NCBI GenBank assembly: GCA_010093605.1
Contig: MU004186.1
Coordinates: forward strand, 203,765-267,764
DNA length: 64,000 nucleotides
Reading direction: 5' to 3'
Origin: Lophium mytilinum
Taxonomy: Eukaryota
Shown: positions 50,179 through 64,000 of the stretch, piece after piece
Layout: every line of letters starts with the position of its first letter
Position numbering within the stretch: the first letter of the stretch is position 1
The notes under the pieces: generated by a model
Databases searched by the model: none
Seen by the model: the letters and a program-made list of their open reading frames with translations, nothing else
What the model was told of the DNA's origin: nothing
Program-made: the position numbers and the translations under genes

Positions 50179-53100
50179 ATGCCCGGTTGGAGACCTCTCC
50201 CGCGGATTGCCTTTGCAGTTTGCATCTATCCCTTCTCGCCCTCCGCCTCCGCCGACCTCCCCCTCGAAATCGGCGATGAATTGTACATAATTGAGCAGGG
50301 AGGGCGAGATGGCGCCTGGTATCGCGGATATTTGGTTGCGCCCCCGTCGCTGCTGGCCGGTCTGACAAGTGTCAAGGGACAGACGCTCGAGGCACGTGTC
50401 TTCTCTGGCATCTTCCCGCGCTGCTGTGTCGAGGTCCGCGAGGTGCTTGGAGACGGACAATCCCCAGGACACGGCGCCGATGTAGCTGCCAGCTCTCGGA
50501 CAAGCCATGTTGAACAGCACACCAACGGCATCATCACGCCGTCTGAGAGCCCGGGTGCGTCTTCTGCCTCTGGTATGGGAGCATCTCGGGCGAAGCAAAC
50601 CTCCAAGCCTGAGCCAATCTCCATCCTGCCCTCTGTAGCGTCACGCCCGCTATCAAGGAAACGCTCTTCCAAGAATCGCACTCGCACTGGGAGCTATGGA
50701 TCGCAATGGACAGCGCGTTCCGACCACCTACAGCAGCTTGCGCTGCCTCTCTCACCCGTCTCCGTCGGCTCCCGCGACGCGAACGCACCCAGGCCTCCGG
50801 CTCCAGTTCCAATGCTAAAGATTGGCGACGAAACCCCAACATCGAAGCTAGAGCCATTGGTAGACGAGATTGCGTCTTGCCTCAGGGAGTGGCATGCGAC
50901 GAAGCTACATGAGCTCCTTTTGGCACGAAGGTATGGCACGTTGGATAAGATGTCGGCCCTGGTACAACGGCTGGACACAGCGCGACGCCAACTGTTGCAC
51001 AAAGTTTTGACGGCGCAGGAGCTCCAGAGAGTCCGCGAATTGACGGTATGGGACCTTGTGTCAGGCAACAAAATGCTCTGTGGGGAAATAATTGTCCGCA
51101 GCCCGTCCCAGCGAGGCAGAATCCTGACTGGCGACGACTCCGCCATCGAAATCACCAAGCTCCAATCGTTGATGAGCTTGCTCGACGAACGTCCGGTCCA
51201 AAATATCGATGAACACAACCTGCACCACCTTTTCGTAAACATCCGACATGTTCTCGGGGACTTCACTCTTTCAGCAGCCCAGGTCAGCATCCATCTCTGC
51301 CTCAAGATCCCTGGCTCTGCGCCGAAGCCCTTGTCTGAAGTCTTCTCAATCGATCTCTTCACGAAGGAGGGAACTGCGACCGCCTTGAACGAGGAGAAAC
51401 TCAAAGCACTCTTTGTTGGTCTGAGCTCTACAGATATTGGCGAGGGAGCCGGCTCAGGTTCTAGCTTATTCCTGGTGTTCAAGCTCCTCGCAAACGAATC
51501 TTTCCGCGGTTCAACAAGTACCGCGAACTCGAGCGCTGCTCCCCGTGAGAGCACTTCGAGCCAGACAACTCCTCCCTTGCAGCCATCTCAATACGGCAGC
51601 ATCAAAGGCGGGCGACGAAGTGTCATGTTTGGGCATAAACCTCGGAAAGAATCAGAGTCCGTCAAAATAACCACTGATCAGCGACCGCCCAGCGTTGACT
51701 CCAACACGAATCGAGCTCAAACTGCAGAACGACCAGATTCTGCGAAACCGAGGGCGTCTTCTAGGGATCAGAAAACTGTGAAACGGACCGTTGCAATTGG
51801 CCTCCTACGGGTGGACTCACTAATGAAAGCTCAGGCGGAATCAGAGCAAAGCATAACTCTGTGGACTCCCGCTGGACCTTTCGACGAGCTTTCGGAGGAA
51901 GGGGATGAATGGGATGCTGTGTTGCCAGAGCTATACCCGAGCCCTAACAACAGATACAAGAAGAGTCCTCTCGTCAACCGGTTGAACGTTCACGTCAAAG
52001 CGTTCGCAAACCCAGAAGCCGAAACATTGATACAGAAGACCCCAACGCTACTTCACAACATCAAGCAGACGCGAAAGATTGGGTTCTCGGGGGCTCCCAC
52101 GAAATCGAGAAGCGACATCTACTTAACCCTAACTGAATCTTTCTTGCCTCGGAACGCGTTTCTATCACATCCTAAATCTGGCACCGTGCCCCTGAACCAA
52201 CACTCTGGCATGGCGAACCTCCAGCTCACGATCGAAGTGCGCAAGTCAAACGGAGAAAGGATCGACGGATGCATCTATCCTTCTTGCAACAGTGCAGGCC
52301 ACACAGCTTGGCGGACGACTGCAGTGGAGCGAGGGGAGGGATGGAACCTTACAGTCAGACTGGCTATTAGCCCCGAAGATGTCCCTGGTTCACATATTGT
52401 TATGAGCGTTGCTGATGCGCCCGGCTTCCCGTTCGCACTCTGCTGGATGCCACTATGGACACAAGATGCCTTCATTCGTGATGGCGATCACTCTCTCGCC
52501 CTGTACAAATATGATGAGTACACATCGAGCATGATTGCGGGGCGTGGTGCGTATCTGGCATTACCTTGGAGCTCACGGAGGAAGGACGAATCCGTCACAG
52601 GTCCTGTAGCCTCACTCCACCTACGCACCTACCTTTGCAGCACCAAGTACTCTCAGGATCCGCATCTGCTCGGCCTCCTCAAGTGGCGCGACCAAGCCAA
52701 CGGGGAGCTTCTATCACTACTCAAAAGATTTGTGTTCGTTCCCGAGATCGAAATCGTCAAGCTACTCAACGAGGTCTTCGACGCCTTGTTTGAAATATTG
52801 GTGGAATATGCAGGTAGTGACGAGCATGAAGATTTGGTGTTCAATGCCCTTGTCATCGTCTTGGGCATTGTGCATGATCGACGGTTCAACCTAGGTCCAC
52901 TTGTTGACCAGTATGCCAAGACGAGGTTCAACTACCCCTTCGCAACGTCTTGCCTAGTCAGGAGCTACACTAGGCTGCTATCTAACCCAGTGGACCCGGA
53001 ATGCTCCAGACGCCTGCGCGCAACTTTCAAGGTAGGAGGTCACATTTTGAAGTTCATCATGAGTGCGCGACAACAGCAGAAAGAGAAGGAGGCCGGCATT

Positions 53101-56100
53101 GGAATTACCACCAGAGAGCCGACCTTCGCCAACGACATTCGCACCATCTTCAAATCCGTCGATGCTTTGATGGCTAACCCGGCGCCAATTCTCATCGGAA
53201 CGAAAACCTTGGTTGTTCAGCACTTCCACACTTGGCTCCCCGAGCTTTCCCCATCTTTGCCACCCAGTGAGATCGTCAAGCTGGCTTGCAGTTTCATCGA
53301 CTCTTGTTCAGCGGCCCAAGGAAAGCTTGTTCTTTACAAATTGGTGCTCATCATCCACTACGCCCAGGTCGAAGTCTTCAAGCTGCCTGATATTCGACGT
53401 ATCCTTCTCAACAATACTGTCAAGTGGCTTGCTCCTCATTGGGGAAAGACAGACACGGTGAACGATCAGTGGAAAGACCAGGTGCGGTTGTGCTGCTCTG
53501 TCATAGCCTCTCAAGTGGAAGATCTTGGACAGGAAGCGTGCGAGTATATCCCCAAACTCGTCGATTCATATCGAGCTATTCAGACAACCCCTCGGCCAAG
53601 CAAGAAATCCTTGTCGTTACTCTTCCCTACTTCGTACCCTTTTCCATCTCGGTCTACGACCACGGGTGCTGTCTTCGACGAGGCGCTGGTCGAAATATCA
53701 GCGGTCTTAGCGGCACTTTCAAGCTTGCCGATCATTATCCACCTGGATTGGCCCCAAGATGACATTGCGGAGTTTCTGTTCAGCACTCTACAAGTCTACA
53801 TTTCGATCCTCGATGGGGAGGCATTTCCTACCTCGTGGTTGAGTGTGCACATTTTCCACCACAAGGCAACTATGCGAACTCTTGAAAAACTTGCAAGCAT
53901 ACTGATCGACTCGTTTCTACCTCACCCCGACGAAGCCGATCAGTTCAACACGGAACTGTGGAGGGCTTTCTTTGACGCTTTACTCAAGCTCGTTGGGAGC
54001 GACGCTCTCGCCTTGGAGACCTTCCCGGAGCAGAAGAGACGAGCAGTTTGGAAGATCGCAGGTGATGTTCGCGAGCTTGGCGCCGACCTGCTTCGAAGAA
54101 GCTGGGAGGCGATTGGCTGGGAAACTAGTCTCGAGGACAAGAAGCAGTATGGACTTGAGAAGATGGGCGGGTTCCAAGTTCAGTACGTTCCAGGCTTGGT
54201 TGCACCGATTGTCGAATTGTGCCTCAGCGTCCACGAAGGGCTGCGAAGTGTTGCCATTGAGGTACTGCAAACTATGATTGTCAGCGAGTGGACATTGAGC
54301 CAGGACCTGGCTCTAATACAAGCGGAAATGATCGACTGTCTGGACCGACTTTTCAAATCAAAACACCTCACCGAGAGCATACTTCAGAAGCTTTTCATCG
54401 GAGAGCTGATCGACCTCTTCGAGCCACTAGCACAAGAACCAGACGATCCATTGTTCCTTGCAGTCAAGAATCTAATCACCACTATCGATGAACTGCTTGA
54501 TTTGCTGGTGGCGGTACACAGCACCGAGGCTGTCGGAGAGGTGTTCCATATCATGGACACTCTCCATCTCATGGAGTTCCTCAAGGACATGCAGAAAGAA
54601 GACATCTATATCCGATATGTCCATCAGCTTGTTGAACTCCAAGCCGACGCCGGTAATTTCACAGAAGCGGGTTTGGCGCTACGTCTTCATGCTGAGCTTT
54701 ATGACTGGGATCCCACTTCAGCAGTAGACCCCCTTGCCGACCCCTATTTTGCATCGCAGACCTCGTTCGAGCGAAAGGAGCAACTTTACTTCCAAATGAT
54801 CAAATACTACGAAGACGGCTCGTCATGGGACAACGCCCTGGGAACATACATGGAGCTTGCGACACAGTACGAACACAACGTCTTCGATTTCTCCAAGCTT
54901 GCGCGGACTCAGCGAGCCATGGCGACAATATACGAAAGCATCAGCAAGGGCGAGAGGCAGAACCCCCGTTACTTCCGTGTGGTGTACAAAGGCTTGGGAT
55001 TCCCGATCGGACTCAGAGACAAACAATTCATCTTCGAAGGATCCCCTACAGATCGCTTAGCTACGTTCACGGACCGAATGCAACAGCAGCACCCTTCGGC
55101 TCAAATCTTAGCTGCCAATGGCGAGGAAGATGTGGAGGGACAGTATCTTCAAATATATCCCGTCAGCGCTCAGAAAGATCTACTTCATCCTATCTACCAA
55201 CGCGCAAAGGTCGCGCAACCTATTCGGGACTACTACCTTCTCTCGAGACCCTCGCACTTTACGACAGCCTCGCGTAGGACTGGGGGAGAGTCTAACGTCA
55301 AGGACCAAACGGTTGAAAAGACTGTTTACACAACCGCCGAAGCCTTCCCTACCATCCTACGCAGAAGCGAGATTGTATCTGTTGGCACAATATCATTAAC
55401 GCCCCTTCAATCTGCAATCGAGCGCACTACACGGAAAGCTGTAGAGCTGATGGCACTAGAGAAGAGAGCCGCTGATGGGGAAGACTCTATATTCACATCC
55501 CTCACGCACGAGATCATGGTGGCAGTAGACCCGATTTCGGAAACTAGTGTTGCTAATTATCACGACCTTCTTCCCAAGCATCGGGACTCGTCAGAAATTG
55601 ATCCAGACGAGGAAGAAGAAGAGAAGCCAGCCAATCTCCTTGAGAACGCGCTGAAAGTAGCCATGATGGACTATGCTCTGGTCGTGAAACGTTGCTTGAC
55701 ATTATATTCTAGGCCTGCTCATCAGGCCACTAAAGCAGATCTAACGCAACGTATGTTCCCGCTTAAAAATATCATTTAAATGATTACTAACTATCCTAGG
55801 TTTCGAGTCTACATTCGTAGCTGAGTTAGCAGCTCTCTCGCCCGGCTCTCAGAACGCAATTTTACAATCACCAACCGCCTCTTGGCTCATAGCCTCTGAG
55901 CCTTCTCGAGGTGCTAGCCCCGTGGCTGCTCCACTCAGTCAAACAAACGGTACGCACGCCACATCATCGTCCGACGTACGACCTACGCCCGGCCATCAGA
56001 AGAACAGACTGAGCCTCACATTTCTGAAGAAAGGATCGGTGAGTGAGCCAAGGGAAGGACGTCAAAACAGCAAGACCGCTATGGATGATGAGGAGACTCA

Positions 56101-56434
56101 GTCCACGTCGTCCCGCAGTCGGAGCAAAGATGCAGGAAAGCAACACAGGCTGAGTTTCCTACACCACACGCCAACAAACGAGTCTCTACCGCAACCGCCA
56201 GTGCACCAAGTGGCTAGCCAAGCATCTATCCAAGCGAAAAGTCAGACGCAGAGCCAACGCAGCCAGAGCAGTGAGCGCAGGCCCGAGACTGGGAGGAGCG
56301 AGCAGTCGAACAACCAGAGCTTCGGCGACCGAGTAGGCAATGTGCGGAAGAGACTCAGCTTGTTGCATATTGGGAAGAAGCCTAGCAAGGCCAGTGTCAA
56401 GGGGCGGTATGACGAGACACTAACGGAGGAGTGA
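50179..56434 (+). CDS. DOCK-family Rho/Rac guanine-nucleotide exchange factor (SH3, C2/DHR-1, DHR-2)
   Basis: SH3 AVCIYPF..DLPLEIGDELYIIEQ..WYRG; DHR-2 YIRYVHQL..NFTEAGLAL..YFRVVYKGLGFP. Intron 55751-55799 joins the last exon ending at 56434. Confidence 0.94.
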
Positions 56435-56989
56435 AGATTTCTTTGGCTCTTTACATTTTCTACGATCAGGACACTGGACTTGAAATCTTCTTGAGTGTCC
56501 ATACATTATGTTAGCCCATTATCGTACTATCTCATTAGCTGTAGGTGCAGTGTAGGTTACAGACCTGGCCAGCCTGAAGTTCTTTTTTCGCATGGGAGTA
56601 GGATTCTTTATCGTGGTTCTTTTTTTTCCGGGTCTCGGCAGTTGAGCGTGGAGCATGGTCGATTTAGATGCAATCTGGACTGATACTGTCCGGACTACTG
56701 TTGGACAGGAGATGTGGGTGTTTTTGTATCATAGTGTTCGAGGTGTATACCCAGACTCTCCTTTTAAGGTGGAGCCGCGCTCGAATTCGAGGCACGCTTT
56801 TTGGATAGTAGAATTGGAAGCTGTTGCCAGCTGAAACGAGGCTGTCCCGTGCTTTGGAACTTTTGACTGCTCGTCTCCCCATGCAGCGCGCTAAGCCTAT
56901 TACGTCAAACTCTCGAAATCTTGGCGATCGACAACTTAACAAAAAGTTGCACGAGGTTTTAGTCCACCACGTCTGCCATCCACGCCAAC

Positions 56990-59900
56990 ATGTCGCTCAA
57001 CGACCGACTGGCCAAGATCCGCTCCTCCCCGCGGCTGCAGAACCAGCAGCAGGTATGTAAATTCATATCAGATTTCTTGCGCCGCGTGCTAATTGCCCGC
57101 AGACTGCCGTGGTTCTCTCCGCCGTTGAGGATACCCTGCGCGAGCAAAAAAAAGAATTGAGCCCCACAGGATATTTCTCCGCATTACTAGCTCTACTCGT
57201 CCAGCAGATATCCTCGGATCGTGGCATAGTCAACAAGGATGTCGCCTCCGCTGTCGTATACCTCCTCGACCTCGTCACACCCCACGCTCCCCCGCCTCTC
57301 CTTCGCTCCAAATTCTCCGAGATCCTCACAAGTCTTGCGCCTGCCTTGACACACCCAGAAGCTGAGGCGCCGCTTCTGAGGTCCTCGATAGGGTGCTTGG
57401 AGTCGCTACTGGTCATACAAGATGGGCAAGCGTGGGCGCTGCCACAAACACAAATCAGCCCTCGTCGAGCCGTCGCGGGGCTGCTCACGATAGCTGTAGA
57501 CCACCGGCCGAAGGTTCGCAAGCGGGCTCAGGATGCGCTTGCGAAAGTGCTCCAGAACCCGCCCCCGAGTCCGTCGTTGGATCATCCGGCTGCCGACATG
57601 TGCGCCGAGTCGGCGCTGAAGTCTCTCAAGGACATCGCCGACGCGGCAGGGAAAACCAAGAAGCACAAGGCACACAAGGATGGCCAGCATGAGCCGGGGC
57701 TTATACACGCGCTTCAGTTGATCAAGACGATTGCGACAGCGTCTGGCGGATGGCCAAGCCGGAAGATTGATCCGCTGTGCGAATTGCTTCTAAACATATC
57801 CAAGTCTAGCAACGAGTACCTCACAATGACGGCCTTTGAGATATTTGAAGTAATCTTCGAAGGCATGGCTGACGAAGTATCCTCCGCGAAGCTTCCCCGA
57901 CTTCTGGAAGTCATCTCCGAGCTCCAGCCTGCGAAGACGGACTCCCAGCTACTCCCTCCGTGGATCGCAGTCTTATCCCGAGGCTACGACGTCTCCGCAC
58001 AAGTGCTTCCCGACGAAACTTTCCAGAAACTTCCTGACTTGTTTGTTATGATATCCAGTTTCCTTAGCTCTCCCTCTCACAATATCCGTGTTTCTGCATC
58101 CGAGTGTCTTGTGTCTTTTATGGCAAATTGTATACCCGACAGTGTTCTGTTAGAGCCGTCGATCTTTGACGAGAAGACTCTGGAGAAACTCGCCAAGTGC
58201 GCTCAGGATTTGCTGAGTGTCAAGTTTCAAGCTGCCTGGATGGAGGTCTTAAATGTCCTAGGTGCCATGTTTGATGCTCTGCGATGGGTTTCTGCCCCGC
58301 TTCTCTCTGGAATCGTCAAATCGATCGGCGAGCTACGTGGGAACGAGTCATTTACGGGGAAGAAAGAAGCGGATGCCGTCTTATCCAAGGCCATACGTGC
58401 CATGGGCCCAGATAATGTTCTCGACATTCTACCTCTCAACCTCCCGAAGCCAACTCCTGGAAATCCAGGACGTGTCTGGCTGTTGCCAATCCTGAGAGAT
58501 TCCGTCAGTAATACCCGACTAGCGCATTTTAGGTCGACCTTGATACCGGTCAGCGAGGCAATGTTCCAGATTGTCTTGAACCATGGGGACAAGGAGAAGA
58601 CCGTCGAGATCAAGGTCTTTGAGACCGTCGTGCAGCAGATATGGTCGATCTTACCTGGCTACTGTGACTTGCCACTTGACCTTGTAGACGTATGCTATAC
58701 CCCTGGTTTTCACGACACCGCTTGCTGATCTAACCTAGGCGTTTGACCAAGCTTTTGCTGAGCAGTTAGCAAATCTGCTTTACGGACAGGCTGAGCTTCG
58801 GACCGACTTATGTCGGGCGTTGCAAAACCTTGTGGATACCAACAAATCCATCGCAGATTTAGAAGGCGACGATGACCTTGTAGCACAGTCAAGAATTTCA
58901 AAAGCCGACGCAAAACGGAATATTGAACATTTGGCTGGCTTCGCGGGCAACTTCCTTGCTGTGCTTTTCAACGTTTACAGCCAAACTCTGCCACAGTACC
59001 GTGGAATAATCCTAAGATGCATCAACGCTTACTTGAGCATCATACCACAAGAGGTGAGTTCACTCTTCAGATATATAGTGTAAATCATTAACCCCCCTTA
59101 GGAGCTTATGGAGACCTTCAATCGAGTCATCACTAACCTAGAGTCGTCTCTTGCCGAGGGAGGCTCACAGACACAGGCGGATAAGCAGAAACAGGAGAAG
59201 AGTAAAGACAAGATGCCTCCGATGAGCTATACTCTCATGGATCTTGTCATCACGATCTCCATTTACCTACCTCGCGATAGCTTCCCATCCCTCTTTCAAA
59301 TAGCCGCGGTGATCGTCAACAAAAAGGAAGACCCTCAGCTGCAAAAGAAGGCATACAAGCTCATACCTCGCCTGGCGGAATCTACCCTGGGAAAGGCCGC
59401 ACTAGAGGAGCGGAATGCCGAGTTACAGCAGCTACTAATCAACAGCGCCGAACAAGCTTCAGCTCCCTCTCGCCGGGACCGTCTCGGCGCCATTGCTCAG
59501 ATCATCGAGTTCATCCCCCGCGACGACCTCCACTTCATCACCGCCGTCCTCCCCGAAGTCGTCATCTCCGCGAAAGAAGTCAACGAAAAAGCCCGCACTG
59601 CCGCCTTCGACCTCCTCGTCGCCATGGGCGAGAAGATGGACCTCGGCGGCACCGTCATCACCTCCAAAGCCCCCAACATGCCCTCAGACGCGCCGTCCGT
59701 CGATGCCAGCCTGGAAGAATACTTCACCATGGTCTCGGCCGGCCTCGCCGGCGACTCGGCGCACATGATCTCGGCCGCGATCACAGCCGTGACGCGCATC
59801 CTATACGAGTTCCGCACGCGCATCTCCGAAGACACGATGCGTAACCTGCTCGAAGTCATGGACATGTTCCTGCAGAACCCGAACCGCGAAATCGTCCGCT

Positions 59901-60892
59901 CGGTGCTCGGCTTCGTCAAAGTCGCCGTCATCTCGCTGCCCGAGGCGCTCGTGCTGCCGCGCCTGAAAGCCCTCGTGCCGAACCTCATGGTGTGGTCGCA
60001 CGAGCACAAGGCGCAGTTCAAGGCGAAGGTCAAGCACATCCTCGAGCGCATGATCCGCCGCTTCGGCGTCGAGGCCGTCGAGAAGGCGTGCCCGGAGGAA
60101 GATAAAAAGCTCATCAGCAACATCCGCAAGACGCGCGATCGGCGGAAGCGCAGGAAGGACGCGGGCGGCGACGATGGCGCCGACGAGGAGAACGCTGGCA
60201 AGCCACAGCAGCGCAAAGGCAAGTTTGAAAGCGAGTTCGACGAGGCCGTCTACGGCTCTGACGGCTCCGACGACGACGCCGGCAGCGACGTCAGCGACGA
60301 GGAGGTCATGGGCGGCCGCGCGGGGGGCAAGCGCCGCGAGAAGAAGGAGGGCCGCTCGTACATCATCGAGGACGACGACGAGCCGCTCGATCTGCTGTCG
60401 AAGCGCGCGTTGGGGAATATCTCGTCGACGAAGCCCGCGCGGGCGAGGGTCGTGCCGGCGCAGAAGACGAAGGTCAGGCGGAATGAGGACGGGAAGCTTA
60501 TCCTCGGCGGGCCGGACGCGTCGGATGAGGAGGGGGATGGCGATGTGGTCATGATGGAGAAGAATCCGGGGGATGGCTCGCTCGAGGGCGGGATTAACGC
60601 GTATGTGGATGCGATTAAGGGGCGGGATACGGCGCAGAGGGGTAGAGGGGGGAAGTTGAAGTTTAGTAATCGGAGGCAGAAGGAGGAGGGGGATGAGATG
60701 GATATTGATGATGAGGAGAAGACGCAGGTGGCGCGGAAGATGAAGGAGCGGGCGAAGGAGGGGAGTAGTGCGCGGGGAAGGGGCGGGTTCAAGACGCAGC
60801 GAAGGGGGCTGGGTGTGCAGAAAACGCGGGGGGGGAGGGTGGATAAGGGGGGTAGAGGGGGTGGGAGGGGAAGGGGCGGGCCACGGAGATAG
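56990..60892 (+). CDS. RRP12: Ribosomal RNA-processing protein 12 (HEAT/NUC173)
   Basis: MSLNDRLAKIRS, DHRPKVRKRAQ, PGRVWLLPILRD, QIWSILPGYCDLPLD, KVKHILERMIRRFG, EDDDEPLDLL and an RGG tail. Three introns. Confidence 0.94.
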
Positions 60893-61360
60893 GTTCGGCT
60901 GAGCGCTTTAGGATTGTTTTCGTAAATGTGCGATGAATGGGGCGTTAGAGGGTTATGACAGATAGATATGGGTCTACGGAAAATGGGACGCCCCTTGCAG
61001 GATTCTTACTGTTTCGGAATATGGGTTTCTAGATTGTTATATCTGGTGTGTAGCGACTTGGTGATGATACATGTATAGCCTGGACATCCAAGACCCTCTC
61101 TCATCTTCCCAGATCTGTAAGTGCGAAAAGATGCGCCGTCCCTCATGCTGTGCGTATAATTACACGCCACCTTAAGAACGCCCGCTGCTAACAAATGACA
61201 GTACTCGTACCTTGGCAGAGAGTGGTAATTTCTCATAACCCCGTCTGAGGTCGCTTAAAGACCTATCAAGCTGGTCAAAACTGGTGTTACCCAAATCCTG
61301 ATAACGAACCAGGGCACCTCAAGCGGTGCTAGGCAGGGGGGACGCTTATAAGACCTCCTT

Positions 61361-63649
61361 TTACGCAGACGTGAGATCCGCGATACGTTGCTCGATATCC
61401 GGAATCGCGCGCAGCTGAAGATCAAGCTCTTCTTTCTCACTGTACAAGCATTAGCAGCCATTCCCTCGACGCAACCAAAGACGGGGGTACTCACTCTTCC
61501 AACTGCAACCTCCTCTCCGCGTCTAGCTTCGTGAAGATATACTTCCCCTGCCCATCAAACTGCAGAATATTTTTATGATACTTCCACAAACTCCGCCGAT
61601 GACTGACAGTCATGAGTGTGATGCCCAGCCGCTTCGCCTCGTCGTACATGACGCGCTCAATCTCAAGCGTCACGCTGCTGGTGCACTCGTCGAGGATCGC
61701 GTACTTGGGCGCGTGGTAGAAGAGCCGCGCCATGGCGACGCGCTGCTGCAGACCGCCGGAGAGCACGTCCGTCCACTCCTGCTCCGCGTCCCAGCCGTCG
61801 GGGCGGTCGACGATGTGCTCGATTTCGACGACGGAGAGGATGGCGTGGAGGTCTGCGTCGGTGATGCCCTTGTCGCGCATTTCGCGGACGCCGTCGGGGT
61901 AGATGATTTGCTGGCGGAGGGTGCCGCGGGAGAGGTAGGGGCGTTGGGGGATGTAGAAGATGTCTTCGAAGGGGGGTTTTCGAACGGTCCCACCGTAGAC
62001 GGGCCACAGGCCGCCGAGGATGCGGAAGAGGGAGGACTTGCCGCACCCGTTTGGCCCGACGATGAGCATGTGGTCGCCGGGTTTTACGGAGAAGCTGAGG
62101 GCGCGCACGAGGACGTCGCCGTTGGGGGAGACGATGGGGACGTTGACGAATTCGATGTCCTCGCTTTCGATGACTTTGCCGCGCCCGCTGAGGACGGCGG
62201 CGTTTTCTTCGGTGTTTGCTGAGGAAACGAGCTTCTTCTCAAAATGGCCGGCCTGGATGTCGTCGATGACATCTAGTAGTGTTGAAACTCTTGAGGTGTA
62301 GCCGGCCAATTCTGTTATTTCCTTGTAGGAGAACATGACGCGACCGAACGCATCGGATGACATTAGCAGCATTCGTCGATTGGTAACAAAGCCTGCTATT
62401 TGTTAGCATGAGCTCTGCCAATGCTATGGGAGCAACTTACTCTCCGTCCGGTCGCCCATGCTGTTACCCGCCACGCCAGGGATCTTGAAGAATACTGGGA
62501 CACTGCAAAGCATCAAGCCTAATGCGCCCCAGAAGTACTTTATTACAAAGTCTTCCATTACACCGTGATAGAACCGCCTCCTCAGTATTCGGTTGACGTG
62601 CTTGATGAGCGTGAAGTATCCTTTGTCTAGGGTGTCCTTTTCCGCCTCATGCCCGTGATATAGGGCCACTTCCTCACTGTAGTCAATGAGCCGCGAGTGC
62701 TGGAACCTGAATTCGCCCTCCAGGCGTGCTTCGTCTGCAACATATCTGCCGAATGGTGGTGTAAGAGCTCGCATCACGCTTGCGGAAAGCTGGACAATCA
62801 GGCTCATGAAAAACAGTCCTTCTCCGCCAACACTTCGAGACAAAGAGTAGTTGTATATGATCATGTCGAGGACGGGTTTGGCGATGTTCGAGTATAATTC
62901 TGCCAAGCTGTTGGAGAACTTCGCGACATCGACGGTAATGAGCTGGTCGGCGTTCTTTATCCGGTCGTCGAGCGCGGAAAGCGTGTAAAAGGTCATGTGT
63001 GAGAGGTATCGATTGTGGATGTAATTCGTAAGGCGGGAACGGTATTGGAGCGAGAGTTTGCATTGGTGGTAGGAAAGCTGCAGAAGGTCAGTCAATACAC
63101 TGTTAGACTCCAGAGTCCATATGGACGTACCATCGAATTCGTAAAAGTGGCTGGTATAGCCACTACCATCCACCAGACCAGCCCAGTGAGGAAGTCTTTG
63201 CCTTTCCCTCTAACCAGACTGCTCACAAGTCTGCCATCCAGCTCGGCGACGTACAGACTGATGAGTGTCCGGAGCACCAGAAAGATGCTATGGCTAATGA
63301 GCAGCCGTAGCTCTTTACTCCTCCATCCCGGTATCACAATCTTAAGCAACCGCAGCAAGTTCTTGAAGAACTCCCGGTTCAACTCCACCTTCTTCCTCGA
63401 TGTCGCCTCTCCTTCGGTGGGGCCCGTCCCGGGTCGTTTCCGGGCCTCAGCTTGCCGCAGCGACGCTGCTTTCTGCTCGGATATGGCATTCCGTATTCGA
63501 TTGATGAGCGCGACGAAGAGAGTGAGGTATACAGCTCGAGAAATGCGCGTGCGGTGTTGGAGGTAGCGGGCAGTCAGTTCGTTGACCACGCGCTTGATGG
63601 CGCTCTCGGAGGGAACGGCGTGGGAGAAGAGCTTCGACTGAGCGGCCAT
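61361..63649 (-). CDS. PXA2: Peroxisomal long-chain fatty-acid ABC half-transporter (ABCD family)
   Basis: [22 protein letters not shown] (EAA-like), [45 protein letters not shown]. Three introns. The PXA2 versus PXA1 assignment is less certain than the family. Confidence 0.88.
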
Positions 63650-64000
63650 GGTGGTTCGAAGCTCAAGTCAGCATGGAATCGAGTGGGTTCAGTCGCCTGG
63701 AGCTTTGCGCATCGTGTTGGGATGGTGGACGTAGTGAGAGGTGACGATGCTGGTTGGTGCTTCGCATGTGATGCAACGCCTCGGCTCACATTCCGCGCTT
63801 TGCCTTCCCCACAGAATTCACTTCGAGGTCACGCGGCCTGCTGCGGTCGAGCAACACCAACTTCATTTCGGGAGCTGCTACTCGGCATTGAATATAATGC
63901 TCTGGATCTGCGGGCCGTATTCACGATGAGAGAGTTTCAAAAGCAGGAAGTAGTAATAATTCCTTGACCAAACCTCAAGTCTATTCCTCTACGTGTGAAC

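Overview
This is eukaryotic DNA from a filamentous ascomycete (Pezizomycotina), judged by short GT-AG introns with CTRAC branch points and fungal-type orthologues. About 21 protein-coding genes can be modelled. The conserved backbone comprises Dicer-like 2, proteasome alpha-2, a RING-CH ligase, mitochondrial nuclease Nuc1/EndoG, Met2, DUF1751/TMEM115, a LisH-WD40 protein, a TRI12-type MFS transporter, an SDH flavoprotein, a GNAT, an auxin-efflux-type carrier, a DOCK GEF, Rrp12 and a peroxisomal ABCD transporter. Accessory genes are interspersed. The two most unusual are (i) a six-exon, ~1966-aa protein (2572-8776) with an internal Hint (intein-like) autoprocessing domain and a C-terminal cluster of hydrophobic helices, a candidate self-cleaving membrane effector or toxin lying tail-to-tail with Dicer, and (ii) a bacterial-type Doc/Fic toxin domain fused in frame to a spliced fungal domain, followed closely by a MYND-finger gene. 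Non-coding signals include a ~112-bp tandem repeat that belongs to a degenerate dispersed family, and repeated strand-independent C-rich to G-rich skew switches. No rRNA, clear tRNA, CRISPR array or intact transposon was recognised. All family assignments come from motif recognition by eye; no searches were run.
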